A stretch of DNA of 64,000 nucleotides from Lama guanicoe (Eukaryota), in assembly GCA_013239625.1 (NCBI GenBank), contig MU054187.1:13052974-13116973 (forward strand). The letters are read 5' to 3'. Each line of letters begins with the position of its first letter. Position 1 is the first letter of the stretch. Shown here in pieces: positions 11,941 to 25,654 of this stretch. Position numbers and translations under genes: made by a program. Below the pieces are notes generated by a model. That model was given only the letters and a program-made list of their open reading frames with translations. It did no database searches and was not told where the DNA came from.

Positions 11941-14900
11941 CCATTAATCAACAAGTCTCATGGAAAAAAGACATTTTCTTTTGACAATACTTTCATCCTG
12001 AGGCAGCTGGACTTCTTTCAAGATAACAAGATTCCTAGCTAAGGGAATCTTATTTTTGTGGTATAAGCTATCATGACATGTGCACGTGACCTCCTCCAAG
12101 TTTAAACACAAAGCAATTATGATGTATACCTGTCTCTCAGAAATTCCATAAGATATAGGCAATTTCTGGGTCTGCTCCTTTACATGACGGTGGTTGTCAT
12201 ACAATGTGGACCATTTTACAGCACAGGCATTTTGATTATGGGAAATCACAGGGCTCACACACAGAGCAGGGTCACATGTACCCTATTTAACATGTCCTGG
12301 CCAATACTGATGCCACAGTACTCATAATGCTGAAATACTTTTCATGTGTATTACAGTTCACCTTTTATTCTCCTCCGCTTTACATTCACAGTCGAATGAG
12401 AGCCAGTACAAGGCAGTCAGCTGTATACTTCCAACTATACACTCTTAACTTGTGGGAATTTATGAACCACACAGCAAGTACTGTTAACCAACCCAGCTAT
12501 CTACTAGACTTCTGCAGATGGGCTACTGACTGTAGGATCTGCCACAAAGAGACAGAAGAAAGAATATCATGCTAGGTATTAAAACACAAATTCAAGAAAG
12601 TGGTCCAGGATGGAGAGAGAATGATGAGCAAGTGCTCTGACAGCAGGCAGACGGGGACAACTGACCAGTGGTTCTGTGATTCTTAGCTGGAAAAATCTGT
12701 GGCCAGAGACAGTTCAGAGATTTGAAGAAAACAAAAGAACTATTTTTATTGTAAAATATGCATCTTTGAAGAGAACTCTGCTATAATGATTACACACAAC
12801 CCTACACAGTGCTGATTTAATTAGCATTTTAAATTACCATTTCCAAGACTATGCCCCCCAGTTGCCCACCTGCCAAACTAAACTGGTTGTGCACGGTAGT
12901 GTTTGCCCCGCCATACCACTGAATGATATTACTCTAACTGCCACTGTGTCCACCCTCAAAACCTACAAGTTCTGAGACCGCTTAGTAAAAGATATCTTAA
13001 CATTCAATTTAAGTTTTGCCCTTATGTAAAGCAAAAATTTTTTAAAAAAAATTAAGAACGTTATAGTTTTAGAGAGCAAGTAATTGGCTTTCTAGAGTAT
13101 TTCTACAAATACTAATGGGATCAACTATTTGTTTTCTCTGGGAGATGAGATAAACAATCTCATAAATTGATTCCAGAAGCCTCTATAACCTGGATTCCAA
13201 CCTATGTGACAAAACTGTTTTCTATAAATATCTACCCACTAAATGCATAGTGGGTTTGCACCAGGTGTTCATTTCCAAGGAGAAGAATAAGTAGTTGTGC
13301 TTATTTCACTCATTTTATGCCAAGGTGACCTCTGTCACATAAGTTTACTGAAACTTGGGTGTCCAGTGTACACAAAATAAATTTTCTTCAAAGCACAGAA
13401 TGAAAACCCCATCTTCCTTTCTAACAAAGGAGAAGGCATTCACGAGCAAAATAAGTCAGAATGGTGGTAGAAATAGACTTCCAGAATTGGATCTAATCAG
13501 GAGCCCACAGTCAGACATTCACTGTTCTAAGGAAAGACTTGTGGGGACACAGATTCAGAAAACAGAATAACAACAAGAAAGCACAATCAGAAATTAAGTA
13601 CCATTTGCCAAGAACAGAACACATGACCAAAGAGAGGCAACAGAGAGTTGTAGATCATAGTATTGGGATGTTATTCAACTAAGATGAAGATGTAAGGACA
13701 GGAGGTCCTGCTGCTGATATTGGGTGAGAACAAATCGGTACCCAGGCAATCAGAAAGCTAACTTGGTGCCGAGGAAATGAGCATCCTTATGTGCTTCTTG
13801 CTCACAGCACTAATTCTACACAGAGAAGTTGGAAATATAGGAGACGGAATTATACATCTAAACTTATACCCTTAGAAAGGACTCTGCCCTTAACCACTGA
13901 AGTTGGATTTGAACTGTCTGCCCATTAACTAGATTTTGCATCGTGTGAGGCAGTGATAGTAAAACTATCTTTAGAAAAATATTCCTCAAGATGGCCATTA
14001 CCAATCTATTAGTGGAGAATATGTAGTTTTAAGTGCAATTTTAAAATGTAATTTTTTCCCAAGAACTAGAGATGTTAATTCAAACCATGTGTGAATTTGG
14101 AGAGAAATGAAACTCAGATCAGATCCTGTCAAAAAAAAGTCTCTGAATTTCCACAAGATAATTAGCCCACTGCTTTAACATTACCACTAGTAGAATACCT
14201 TTTGTTTGGTTTTCATTTAGTTTAGGGTTTAGTGTAGGTTTATGTTTTGAAAGATTTTGAATGTGCTTCCAGAATCTGGCTGAGTTCAGCAGCTGAAAAC
14301 CCACCTTCATCATCTACTTCTATTTTCTTTCTTTATTTCCATTCCATATTACCTCTTTTCCTGCTCATTACTATCCTGCATGATTTGTTCTGGGAAAAGA
14401 GGCTGGGTTGTAAACCTCATAGAGTGATTGAATTGAAGAGATACTGAAATTGGTAACTGAAATGGAGACTTTGTACTAACAGAAAATCAAAGACTGACTA
14501 ATAAAACGCTTTTTAAGAAAAACTATCAGGTAAGCAAAATGCAGAATTAGACCTAATGTTAAAATATGCTGAAGACAAAATAATACTTTTGTCTGGCGGG
14601 ACATCTAATGACAGTAAGAATGTTAAGAGTTAGGAAATTATTTTTTCAAGTAATGACATTAATATTAATTTAGGCTCTTATTTTCTAGATGTATATTTTG
14701 CTTTAAGATTTTTCTCATTATCACAAATCATTCTAAACTTTTCAGAAAACAAGAAGCATGTGAGTGTTACAGGGCTTCACTTTGCATCATAACCTCCTTT
14801 CTAGCCCTCTTGTATTCATTTGCTCTCGAACTACACACTAGGAGAGTTAGTTGAATGAAACAGGTAACCAGTCTCAGACATAAGGCCTTGGTAAATGTAT

Positions 14901-15109
14901 TTTTTTTTTAGAAAACCCTTTTCTTTTTTTCTGAAAAATCCTCAGGATTATATGAAACATTTAAATCACTATTTTGCAATATTATTTATTAAACATCCAT
15001 ATGCCCTCAAATTCACATGATTAAAAAACGCAGCCCCTACCTCGAGAAAATCCCATACTGAAGGACGTGATCAAATTGAGCTGTCTTTTCTATGATGATG
15101 CAAATGTAG

Positions 15110-15210
15110 TTTGTTTGTTTGCTTTTTTTTTAAGTGCAGGTACTGGGGATTGAACCCAGGACCTTGTGCGTGCTGAGCACAGACCATACCACTGAGCTAT
15201 ACCCTCCCCC
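15110..15210 (-). mobile_element. tRNA-derived camelid SINE (Vic-1-like)
   Basis: Reverse complement: ggggagggtatagctcagtggt..cacgcacaaggtcctgggttcaatccccagtacc plus A-rich tail; Pol III A and B boxes visible. Confidence 0.85.
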
Positions 15211-16339
15211 ATCAAGTGCAGATAAGAATACAGGTGGCCAGTAATTCTTCACACTCAGCATAAATGTTAAAAAACCATCTTCTGAATTATGCTGACAGCT
15301 ACTCTTTTCAGGACTGGTGGTTATTTCTGACTACACTGCTGCATTTTCCATCTGTGTGATGCTTGCTCAGAGTGGTTGCTGTTAGCATGCCTCATTGCCC
15401 CAGACTTTCAGAAGGTGAAACAATACTAAAATATTTCACATTATAGGCTGGTGGGTCTTTATAAAATGTTCCTGTCCATGACATCTGCAGCTTAAAATAC
15501 ACTGAAACCTCTTCTTAGGTAGCAGGCACTGTGCATCTATTTTACGTCTAGCAGAAGTCCAAGGATGCCAACTAGCACGAATACTGCTCTGCCGTTGGTC
15601 ACACTGGTGTGCTTGGAACCTCATGACTGGTCATATGTTACCATCATTAATAGACACAGAGAGGCAGAGTGAAGGGCCTGAATTTTGTGCTTCCTCCACC
15701 ACAAAAGGCAGTAGCCCTATTTGTCTTCTGTCACTCACTCACCACTAGGCCCTCCATTTCTCTGAGGTCTTCAGCTTCCCCATCTTTCAATCCCTATAAA
15801 TATATCTTGCCTTAAACAATCGCAAAATGGCTAGCGGTCGTCATCCCCAGTCCATTCTTTAAAAAGTCTGAAATATGAGCTACTGAAAAGTCTCCAAAAA
15901 GCCAGAAGATCCTCTTTGAAGGCCTCCTCTGTGTGTGCTCCATGAATCTTGTGACATTTCACCTTTTCACGAGAGCCATCTCACAGTGACTGATGTTACC
16001 ACATCACAGAACAACTATCCGTAGCTGACTGCACTTCCAGACAATTCAGATCACTCTGATTTGTGGAGTTCACATCTATGGGAAAAGTTCCATCTAATTG
16101 CATTGAATTCAATTGTAGTAATTCATAGCTATTCAATGCTAATATATACACAAGGAACAACAAAGACTCCCACAGAGGTCCTCACCAGGGCAGAGATCGC
16201 AATTTGTGGCTACTGGATTCACTATAAAGTTTTAACTGTAAATGTATAAATTAAAATGGAATCACATTTCACTAGTGCTTTTTTTAACTTCCTTAAAATG
16301 ATTTCACAACTAAGCAAAAATCATGAAATAAAATACGCA

Positions 16340-16960
16340 AAAGAATAAATACCAACAGCTAATAAACAGGGAAAAATGTTCATCTACTTTAATCATCAGA
16401 GAAATGCACATTATAATACTGTTATCACCCATTAAACTGGAAAGGATTTAAACCATACTTTTAATGTTATGAGAGTACAGTGAAATTATAGATTTTTTTT
16501 CACTGATGATGGGAATAAAAATTGATAAATTGTTCTGGAAAATGATTTGGCACTGAGTTATAATAACTCTCAAAGGGCACATGATTTTAGATCTAAAAAT
16601 CACACACCTGGAATAATTCCTAATGTACACGTGTTCATCACAGCAATTAGTTTAATAGCACCACAATAAAACAACCAAAATATCCACAATAGAGAAATAT
16701 TTTTAAATTTTGTGTGAATGGATTAAAGATCATGTTGTCAATTAAAAGTATGCCTTCAGAGAGTATTTAATTACATGGGAAGATGTTTTAATGTAATGAA
16801 TAAAAACAGAATATAAAACTATATATGATACAAGGCAAATCTATACATTATATATGCACACATACACATCAGAAAGAAACAAATTAAACAGCAACCTGGT
16901 TATGGGTTTATGAGGAATATTTTTTGTGTATTTTTCCAAATTTGCTTTTTATTTTCTACT
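16340..16960 (+). mobile_element. Ancient L1 (L1ME-type) 3' region
   Basis: aaaatgttcatct..atcatcagagaaatgca, tgttcatcacagca, followed by a degraded 3' UTR. Confidence 0.7.
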
Positions 16961-17443
16961 TTGTTAATCAAGGTTCTTCTTTACAACTATTTGCTTATAT
17001 CTTTACCTTTTACCAGAGAAAACAGCATTGATGTGGTTCCTCATCTGGAAAACTATCACTTGGTAGAATGGACACATCTTTACTAACTACCTTTTCGGAT
17101 TTACAAAGTTTTTAGTTTTCCAAAAGCAAGTCATAAGAGATGTTTCACCAACAATTCACATATACACCGAGGGCACTTTATCTTAAGTCATGAATTTGAG
17201 TTTGACTCTCTTACTTCTTAATTAGAGGCTCCCATTCTGCTAAAGCTAAAACCAATCTTTGGAAACTGTAAACTCTGAAAGTCAAAGTGTACACATATTG
17301 CAGTTTGCAGAGTAGGGAATGAATGCCTTGTTCTAGCTGGATATAAAGATATTTTGCTTTAAAAAAGGCAAGAGAGACTAGAAGATATAAACAAAAAGAT
17401 GTTTTAAGCATAGAAAATAGAGGGAAGATTTAAAAACATTAAT

Positions 17444-17610
17444 CAGTGGTATTCAACCCTGGTTACATATCTGAGTCACCTGGGTACTTTAAAAAGCTAC
17501 TGATGTTCACGTCAAAATACTAAAATTTTGACTTATTTGGGTTAAGGTGGGCCATGGACTTTGGAGTCTTTCTTTTAAAGTTCCTAAGAATATCAATGTT
17601 AAAATCACAG
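17444..17610. mobile_element. MER5-family hAT-Charlie MITE
   Basis: cagtggtattcaaccctggttacatat..gagtcacctgg. Confidence 0.65.
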
Positions 17611-17869
17611 TGGTACTTCCTGACACTTTCAGTATTTATTATCTGGACAAAAATTCACTAATTATTTGTCTTTTCACCTAAACCTTTACTGTAATCCTAA
17701 GGACTTCTTAGACTCCATTACCTCACCCAGCCAGAGTTTGCTTTTTATGTCATTAGCCATATTCTATCAACCATCAAGAGCTGTTGGATACACTACTAGA
17801 GAAGGATATTAGGCACTACATTGCAGTAAATATAGCTACACATAAGCTCCTTTAAGTCAGCTCAAAATG

Positions 17870-18125
17870 CAGTCAGTTCTTGGTGATGGACTGGATATGG
17901 ATGAGGAAGAAGAAAGTGGTAGTAAGGAGGACTCTAAGGTTGAGAGCCTGAGCAACTAGGTAATAAGTGGAATCACACCTGAAGATAAAGAAGACTGGGG
18001 GAATGACAGGCTTGGAGGAAAAGCTCCTGAGTCCAATTTTGCACATATTGAGTCTGAAGAGCTATTATGACATCAAAATGAAGACGTTAAATGAAGCAAC
18101 CACATAATGTATATGGAGCACAGAG
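17870..18125 (-). mobile_element. L2 LINE fragment
   Basis: ttggtgatggactggatatgg..aaggaggactctaaggtt..gcctgagcaactaggt. Confidence 0.7.
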
Positions 18126-18188
18126 GCAAAAAGAAAACCGATAGATGGGATTATCGAAGAATGGGATTTTGTTAGATGAGTGAACAAA

Positions 18189-18189
<1 letters not shown>

Positions 18190-18230
<41 letters not shown>
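18190..18230. repeat. (CA)~20 microsatellite
   Basis: Seen directly. Confidence 0.98.
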
Positions 18231-18231
<1 letters not shown>

Positions 18232-19439
18232 AGGGGCAAGAGGATTTTACAATGTTAGCAAGAGTGTTATTGAAATAATGACTTATGGTCTTGAAATTAG
18301 ATAAAGAGGGATAGGAAGATGGGAAGGGGCTGATGTGTAGAAAGACACTGGAATCAACAGATCAGCTCAAAAACTTCCAAAAAGTATTTGAGGCAAATTA
18401 CTAAATGCAATCAGGTAAAACAAAAACAAAACAGAGAGAGACAGAGAGACATTATTAGCACTGCAACATCATTTTATGTCTGCATACCTCAGATGTGATA
18501 CCACTTTCTTCTTGACACTATTACATTGGTTTCTCTCATGCCTGTCATGGTTGTGGGGATCGCTGTACAGCCATGGAGAGTGTTGGCACTCTCCTCTTTC
18601 TATTTCTATATATGCTTTCCAGATGTGTTCACTTAGCATCTACATATTGTTATGTCAGTCAAATGTTCACTTACTATTGCTTATTTGAAAACTAGGCTGG
18701 TTTCTAACCCTAGTTCTGTCATCAGCTATTGATGGTGATCCTATCATCTGTAAAACTGCTAAACTGATATCTCAGTGGTATCCACCAGCTTTAAGATTCC
18801 AAAACAATGACTTATATGATGAGCTTGTCTAATACTCTTATATTCACAGAGATTTGGCGGGGGGGAGCGCAGGGTGGCTAGTTTTAAAACCTCTTCCTAC
18901 CCTAGGCTTACTAAGACCTCTTCCTACTTACTAGGCTTACATTTCTCTGACATAATTTGGGCCTTCTCCCAATGTTTTCCCATGCTCATTATGGCATGCC
19001 CTTTGGCTTCATACCTCAATTCCCATTAACTGAAATCTACTGGAGAAATCTCAAAAATCTTGTAGACTTAGAGTACACGACTAAACCCTTACTCGCATTT
19101 CTCAGCTCCTTAACTGTAATTTTTGCTTTCAATTTCTGCAAAACCCCCACCTAACTCAATTATTTATTCTGTTTCCTATCTATACTGGTTCAAAATATTT
19201 TCAACTATCTTATTTTTAAGTTTTGCCATAGTGGGCTTTTCCAGCTCCCCAAATTGGCCACATTGATCTTCATTCTCTTCAACAACATAGAACTCTAGGA
19301 ATGTGCCTTGATTCTCATCTCCATATTAACCTAGATCTATACAGGCTTATTATTTATATTTCTATTTTTGTTATTTTTGTTTCAAATGAGTTCTCTTTAA
19401 CATTGTTTACTGATTTTTCAAATATGATTATTCTCTTTT

Positions 19440-19592
19440 ATAATATATATATTTTATTGAAGTATAGTCAGTTTACAATGTCATGTCAATTTCTGGTATA
19501 TAGCACAATGCTTTAGTCATACATGAATATACATATATTTGTTTTCATATTCTTTTTCACTTTAAGTTACTACAAGATATTAAATATGTAAA
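19440..19592 (-). mobile_element. Short young camelid-type L1 3'-end insertion
   Basis: ttattgaagtatagtcagtttacaatg..; flanked by tattctctttt at 19429-19439 and 19593-19603 (TSD); homologous to the 35295 and 54019 copies. Confidence 0.85.
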
Positions 19593-20179
19593 TATTCTCT
19601 TTTTTGAAAGTTTTTCTTTCTCCTTTTTACTAGTGTCTTCATATTCATGTTAACTACTGTACTGTTCATTGTATCCTGAGAGTACAGATTAGTTACAGGG
19701 TTTAATTTAACACTGCTCTTAATATTGTTTTATATTCCTGGTCAAAACCCTTTTCATTTGTCCAATTAACTTCAGTTTTTTTCCCTGATTATGCAAAACT
19801 AACCTTCAATTTGTATATCCAATATCTGGTTTTTGGTAAATACATTGTCCTACAATTAAGCCTGTTTTCCAATTTTGCAAGTGTATTCTAGATCATCAGC
19901 ATATGAAATTAGAGAAGTAGCTCTCCTAAGATTTTCAAAATAGATTTAAATCATTTCCTTCACATGCTAATTTCTATCACTGACCTCATCCACTCATCAG
20001 CTCACACTAAGTAAAGTTCATTAAACTATTCATTCCAAAAGTATTTGAGCATTTTGTCCATACTCAGCATCTGTGACACCAAGGAAACAAGATGTTGTCC
20101 ACATTCTCCAGGCGCTCAGTCTAGAATGAAGAGACATGTGGGAACAAATAATTATAACTGGGGTAAAGCTCAAACCACC

Positions 20180-20340
20180 AAATGTGGGTCTCAACCCCAG
20201 CATCCTGAGGAGCTTTGGAAGAAATAGGCTGCTCTCCATGACCTTTCTTAGATCAGGTAAGTCAAAACTTTAAGGATTTGACCTGAGCGTCAGCAGTTTT
20301 CTCAGGTGATTCAAATGTGCAGCTTGGGTTGTGCACCCTT
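20180..20340. mobile_element. MER5A-like MITE
   Basis: cagcatcctgaggagctt..caggtgattcaaatgtgcagc. Confidence 0.55.
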
Positions 20341-20647
20341 TTCGTAGGAAAACAGAGTAGAAAGCATTTGTCTCTGCCTGGAAGCTGGTTCAGTAGACTT
20401 GGAAGAGATTCAGATAGCATTACTTCAAAAAACATCCCAGGCCATCTGATGATCCTGTGAGTTTGGGAAACACTAATTTAAATTAAACAATCTCTAGGGA
20501 ATGGGAAAGTAGCTCTAGGGCCATTAAAGTCTTGGGCTAGAAATTAACTTGGAATTTGGGATTTTGTGTTAATCATACTGTCTGATGAAATCTAGAGCCT
20601 AGTTAAGGAAAAGGAGAACATGCAAATAAAAGAATGGTTGTAAAACT

Positions 20648-21175
20648 TACTCATCTTATAACTAAACGTTTGTACCCTTTCATCAGCTTCTCCCCATTTT
20701 CCTCACTCCCTAGCCCCTGGCAGCCACCAAATTACTCTCTGTGAGTTAGACCTGTTTTGTTATGGTTTGTTTTTTAGATTCCACATACAAGTGATACCAT
20801 GCACTATTTGTCTTTCCACCTGTCTTATTTCACTTAATATAATGCCCTCTAGGTTCCACTATGTTGTCACAGATGACAAGATTTCTTTCTCTCATTAGGG
20901 TGAAATGTGTGTGTATATATATTTATATAACATTTTATAACATTATATAACATTTATATAATATATAACATTTTCTTTATCCATTTATCCATCAATAGAC
21001 ACTTAGGTTGTTTCCATGTCTTAGCTACTGTGAATATCGCTGCAACGTGCAGGCATCTCTTCAAGACAGTGATTTCCTTCCCTTTGGATATACACCCAGA
21101 AGTGGAATTGCTGGACCATATGGTAGTTCTATTTTTAATTTTTTGAGGACCCTCCCTAATGGCTGTACCAGTTTG
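20648..21175 (-). mobile_element. L1 (L1MA-type) 3' fragment with internal (ATAACATT)-like tandem repeat at ~20926-20974
   Basis: tttttagattccacatacaagtgata, cttatttcacttaatataatg, cccagaagtggaattgctggaccatatggtagttctatttttaattttttgagg. Confidence 0.9.
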
Positions 21176-24100
21176 TCCGCCGCTCTCAGCAGCAAAATCT
21201 CAGGAATTTGCCTTTCTTTTCTAAACGTTGGCAATTCATTCTTTACCAAGAAGAAGTTACATTGCTCCCTCACTTGTTGAAAGTGAAAGAAAAACAATTT
21301 TACATCAGGAAGAGATTTAAATCAGAAAACAGCACAAGAATGCGCGGAAGCAGTTGCAGAACGAGTGGGTGCAGAGCTGCGGCCCCCTCACTGCGAACTT
21401 TTGCAGCCAGTCCTCAAGTTCCAAGAACCACAGCCTCAACACCAAAGTCCCGCTGCTGAAGTGTGGGAGGCGGGACTGTCCTTTGTGAATGTTTCATACG
21501 AACTCACTCTTGTAAATCAGATCACTTATTCCAAAGAACATGCCAACGACCTGTCTACTTTCCGGTTAAGATTTTGATTGTGCGTGACCCTGCGCTGTGA
21601 TTGCACCGCTGGCACTTCTTTATTACGTTAAGCTTCGTTGATGCCATTTGACACATTGTGTTAAGACGCTCGTAAATTCTTAAGAGGCGAGAAAATAAAA
21701 TCTTATTCCCTATTAATTCAGTTGCCTTAGAGAAAGTAGGAATTCTGTATTTTAGGCTCCACAACTCACATCAGTATTTGCAAAGTAGTGTTCATCTACC
21801 TAAGATACTCCCCCGAATCTCCTGGAGATTCCAGATACTAGTTTTAAAGTTAGAAAATATTTGTGAAAAGTATTCTGAATTCAGAAAAGGCAAGGGAAAA
21901 TTACTTGCAAATTTAAATATGTTTATATCTTATTTATTTACCCACTTATTCAAATATTTGTTGATCATCTATTATTTCTAAAGTGATGGAAGGACACAAA
22001 TTCTACAAAACAAAAGGTCACATTCGTACTCATGGAAGGAAAAAAAAAGATTTACATATGATATAATAGTCTAACAAAACAGCCTGATCTAGATGGATAG
22101 CTACCGTCTTGCTCTGAAAAGATATGCCTTTTTGCAGTGAAATAATTTTATTTTATTAAAAGGCTAATCAAATGATTTTAGACTGGGGCTACCAATATTT
22201 CTAAAATGATGTGGATATTAGCCCTGAAAAGCTATGGTGGCCTCAGGATGACCATGAAAATATCCAAGCAACTTCTTGCCAACATATTTATGTCTGACAC
22301 ATATGGGAGGAAAAGGTTTTCTGCATATACAGGTGAGTACAAATCATATCAAAAGCAACGCCTGTTTAGTGGAACTCTGTTGGAACACTGGCATTATAAG
22401 AAGAGGATTGTACTTAATCATAGTTACACTTTGCCTTGCGTGATGTAATTTGCATTACCATGTATCCATATAGTAACTTGACTCCATTACATTCAAACCC
22501 AAAGCCTTCAAAAGGAGAATGATAATGTCATGCAGTGATTGCAAATTATCAACAAGAATACATATCATTCTATGTAAGCAGCTGTAGAGACATAACTTTT
22601 AATCAATATTAAGGAGAGTTGCACACACTAAAAATTGATGACCACAGACTTGCATTTCTTGATGAAATGTTTCCCAGTGGAACACCTTAAAAATAGTTTT
22701 CTGAATGAAACATGTTATTGTTTTCTCATTAAAAGGGGAGGAAAGGAATCGAGCAAGGAGAATACATTTACATATATTTACAAGCAGAACCTCTGGGAAA
22801 AAAGAGAACCTCTGCAAGTTAAGATATAGGAAACAGAGTCTCTCATGGCTCTTCAGAAGTCTTTCTTCTACCCTTCTTACCACTGGGGTTTGGATAAAAG
22901 CCATTCAGACCTATAGGTTTATAAATGACTTTTTGCTTAAACTTTACTGTTTACTAACAATAAGATTCCTATATGTACTTTAGAACATTTATTTACATTG
23001 TCAGATGACACAGCAGTTGGGAATAAATCAGTACATAGCCATATTCTAAAGCATTTCAGTCTTTTTAGGTTAATAAAGTTGTAAGTGTATTTCATTCTGG
23101 TATACTGGAACCCAGTTCTCCTCTCAAAAGTGATAATCAGCTAAAAACGAGAAGTAGAATTACATTTGCATTAAAAAATCATGATTTTAAAAATAAGCAT
23201 AATTTAAAATACACATTTTAAACATTCAATTTTTAAACATGCACAAAATTAATGTACTTTCCAGAGTCTAATATTTTTAAATATCCCTTGTGTTTAAAGC
23301 AGTGTCTAATGAATTAGACATTAGAACCATCTTAGCTGTTTGCCAACTAGTGTATTAATGCAGAGTATTAAATGTTTTATAAGTCGATATCCTTCCTTTG
23401 TGACATATTTCCTTCTGAGAAAGAACAGTTAAAAAAAAATTACCAGTGCCTAGGAAAAGGAAGTGAATTTACCTATATTCTTGTATGTTTTTATTGTTTG
23501 TATGCTTAGTTTACCAGGTTAAACAAGTTATAAGCTATTTCCTACTTCCCAGGAAATTTGGCACCTTCGCAATCACAAATAGTCTTTTGTGTCTCTGGGG
23601 ATCCATTTAAAATTCAGTATTTTGTAATTAATTTTTGCAGTTTCTTAAATGGTTCTAAGTGCCTGAGGGCCTCTTCCCATTAGAGTCATTGACTAGGGAA
23701 GAAAGCATATCAAAATACATAACATCTCAAGTGGTCATTGGTTCGTATGACTACTGGCAGAAATGATACATTATTACACATGGGGATGCATGCGCAGTTG
23801 TCTGCAATATTCATAGCCTGATAATAATGATGTTCATACATTAGAATACCTAGAGTATGAATTCCACTATTTTTTTCTGTAATACCTCATTGCATTCAGT
23901 TCAGTCTTGAACAACATGAATTGTTAGTTGTTTTACTGTCTCAGTAGACTGACACCATATTGAATTGAACTTGAGTAGGAAAGCTGTCTGTAGCCCTGAC
24001 TTTGAAGCTTTAGTTGCTCAAAGGCAAAGTCTAGATGGCGTAACTGGTCCAAGGGCTGTCCGCAACTGAATTAGACTGCAACTTTGGCCTCTGTTTCTAG

Positions 24101-24559
24101 TACTAAGGCCAAACTACATCCCATTTTCAGAGTAACAGAGAATTTTCTCATAAGCTATTTTAATATAGTTGGATTCATGGGATTTACCACTGGGAAGGAA
24201 TCTTAGAGATACAAATAGCTGGCCCCAGTTTATCCCAATAGGCAACAGAACATGCCCATTAATAGCAGAACTGTTGTTAAAACTCTGGTTTCCTATCCAG
24301 TAGGATTTCACCGCTCTCTCGTCTGGTATGGTTTATCCTGAATCTTTTGACTTCAAGTTTCCACATACACCAGCTTAGCAATTCCAGGTCTGTGGAAATC
24401 ATGATGTAATTTTTCGTAAATAAGCTGAGGGGTCTGAGGATTGGGGAAAATGGTAGAGTATAATCAAAATGTACATGCATCTAAAGAGAATTTCAATCAG
24501 GTAACTGATTGGAACTTGTCAGAATGTTCCAAAAACATCACAAACATACATCATGAATG

Positions 24560-24645
24560 TGCATCATGTCACTGAATTATATGCTTTAAAGTGGTTAAAA
24601 TGGGAAATTTTATGTTATGTATATTTGACAGTAATAAAAAAATTT
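24560..24645 (+). mobile_element. L1MB-type extreme 3' end
   Basis: cactgaattatatgctttaaagtggttaaaatgg..ttttatgttatgtatattt..aataaaaaa. Confidence 0.75.
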
Positions 24646-25284
24646 AATGCCCACAAAATTTCTTAATACTGTGCTGTTGTTAGTGCTACTTTTGCCTGAA
24701 ATATGTTCCGTCCAGCTGTCCAATGTATTCAATGTCCACGTTGAGTTCTATGTTCCCATGACACTTTCCCCAACGACCCCAGTCTCTGGTATAATATGCT
24801 TCTTTGAGCTCCTACAATATTTATGTCCATAAGCTTAATATTTATCAAACAGTTCTACTTCTTTTTATGAACTTTATCACTGTGAATAATTATAAGCGCT
24901 CTGAGAGGAGGCAATATGTGTTATATTTCTTTGACTATCCCACATTCTTCAATTGTCTGTCCCATAGTCAGTAGGAGCAAAATAAATGATTATTGAAGTC
25001 AACATGCCATCTAGCAATAAGGTGTAGCTAATTCTTCTGTGAGAATTATTATCTTTGAAACTTAGTACCTGATTGGGTCAAATGTTCATTCATTTATTCT
25101 TTTATTCATCCAGGCACTGAATGTGTTTATCAGGCGCTCTGCTAGGTGTTAAATATAGACAGAAGTAAAACAATCTGTTCTCCACTGGCTTCAATCTCAG
25201 GAGGAGAGAAAGGCTGTACACAAACAGCTAGATTTCAATGGCAAATGTCAGGTGTGTGTGTGTGTTTTTTTTTCCATGGAGAAA

Positions 25285-25530
25285 TGGTAATGACACCTTA
25301 AAACTGTGGGTTCTGGAATCCAAGATGGATATAGATATTCTCACTACTTAGATGACTGTGATTTGGAGATACACCACTTTTCTAATACTTCAGCTTCCTA
25401 AACCTCTGTAAGATGGGCATGAGAGTAGTACCCATCTCACAGGGTCGTCCTGAGGGTCAAATGAAATAATCCACGTGTCATGCTTAACACTATGCTTAGC
25501 ACGTTGTAAACACCCAATAAACATTAACTT
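25285..25530 (+). mobile_element. MIR SINE
   Basis: cagcttcct..ctgtaagatggg..catctcacagggtcgtcctgagggtcaaatgaaataat..cccaataaacatta. Confidence 0.8.
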
Positions 25531-25654
25531 TTTTTTGCCCTTGAATGTGACCTTGAATCAAAACCATGCCTTTTTTTCCCCTTGAGATCTAGAATCAGGC
25601 GTGTGTGTGCACACGTGCATGTGCAAATATGTATAACAGTCAGTTGTTTTACAT

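Noticed and set aside
15130..15210. tRNA gene
   Set aside because: A-rich tail and an imperfect cloverleaf indicate a tRNA-derived SINE.
21008..21297. ORFs with protein-like text (..KKLKIELPYGPAIPLLGVYPK..)
   Set aside because: Remnant of the L1 ORF2 C-terminus and its antisense frame, not a host gene.
22867..22896. 30-nt minus-strand micro-exon (GLNGFYPNPS) with gtaaga donor
   Set aside because: The acceptor lacks a polypyrimidine tract and the peptide is unrecognised.
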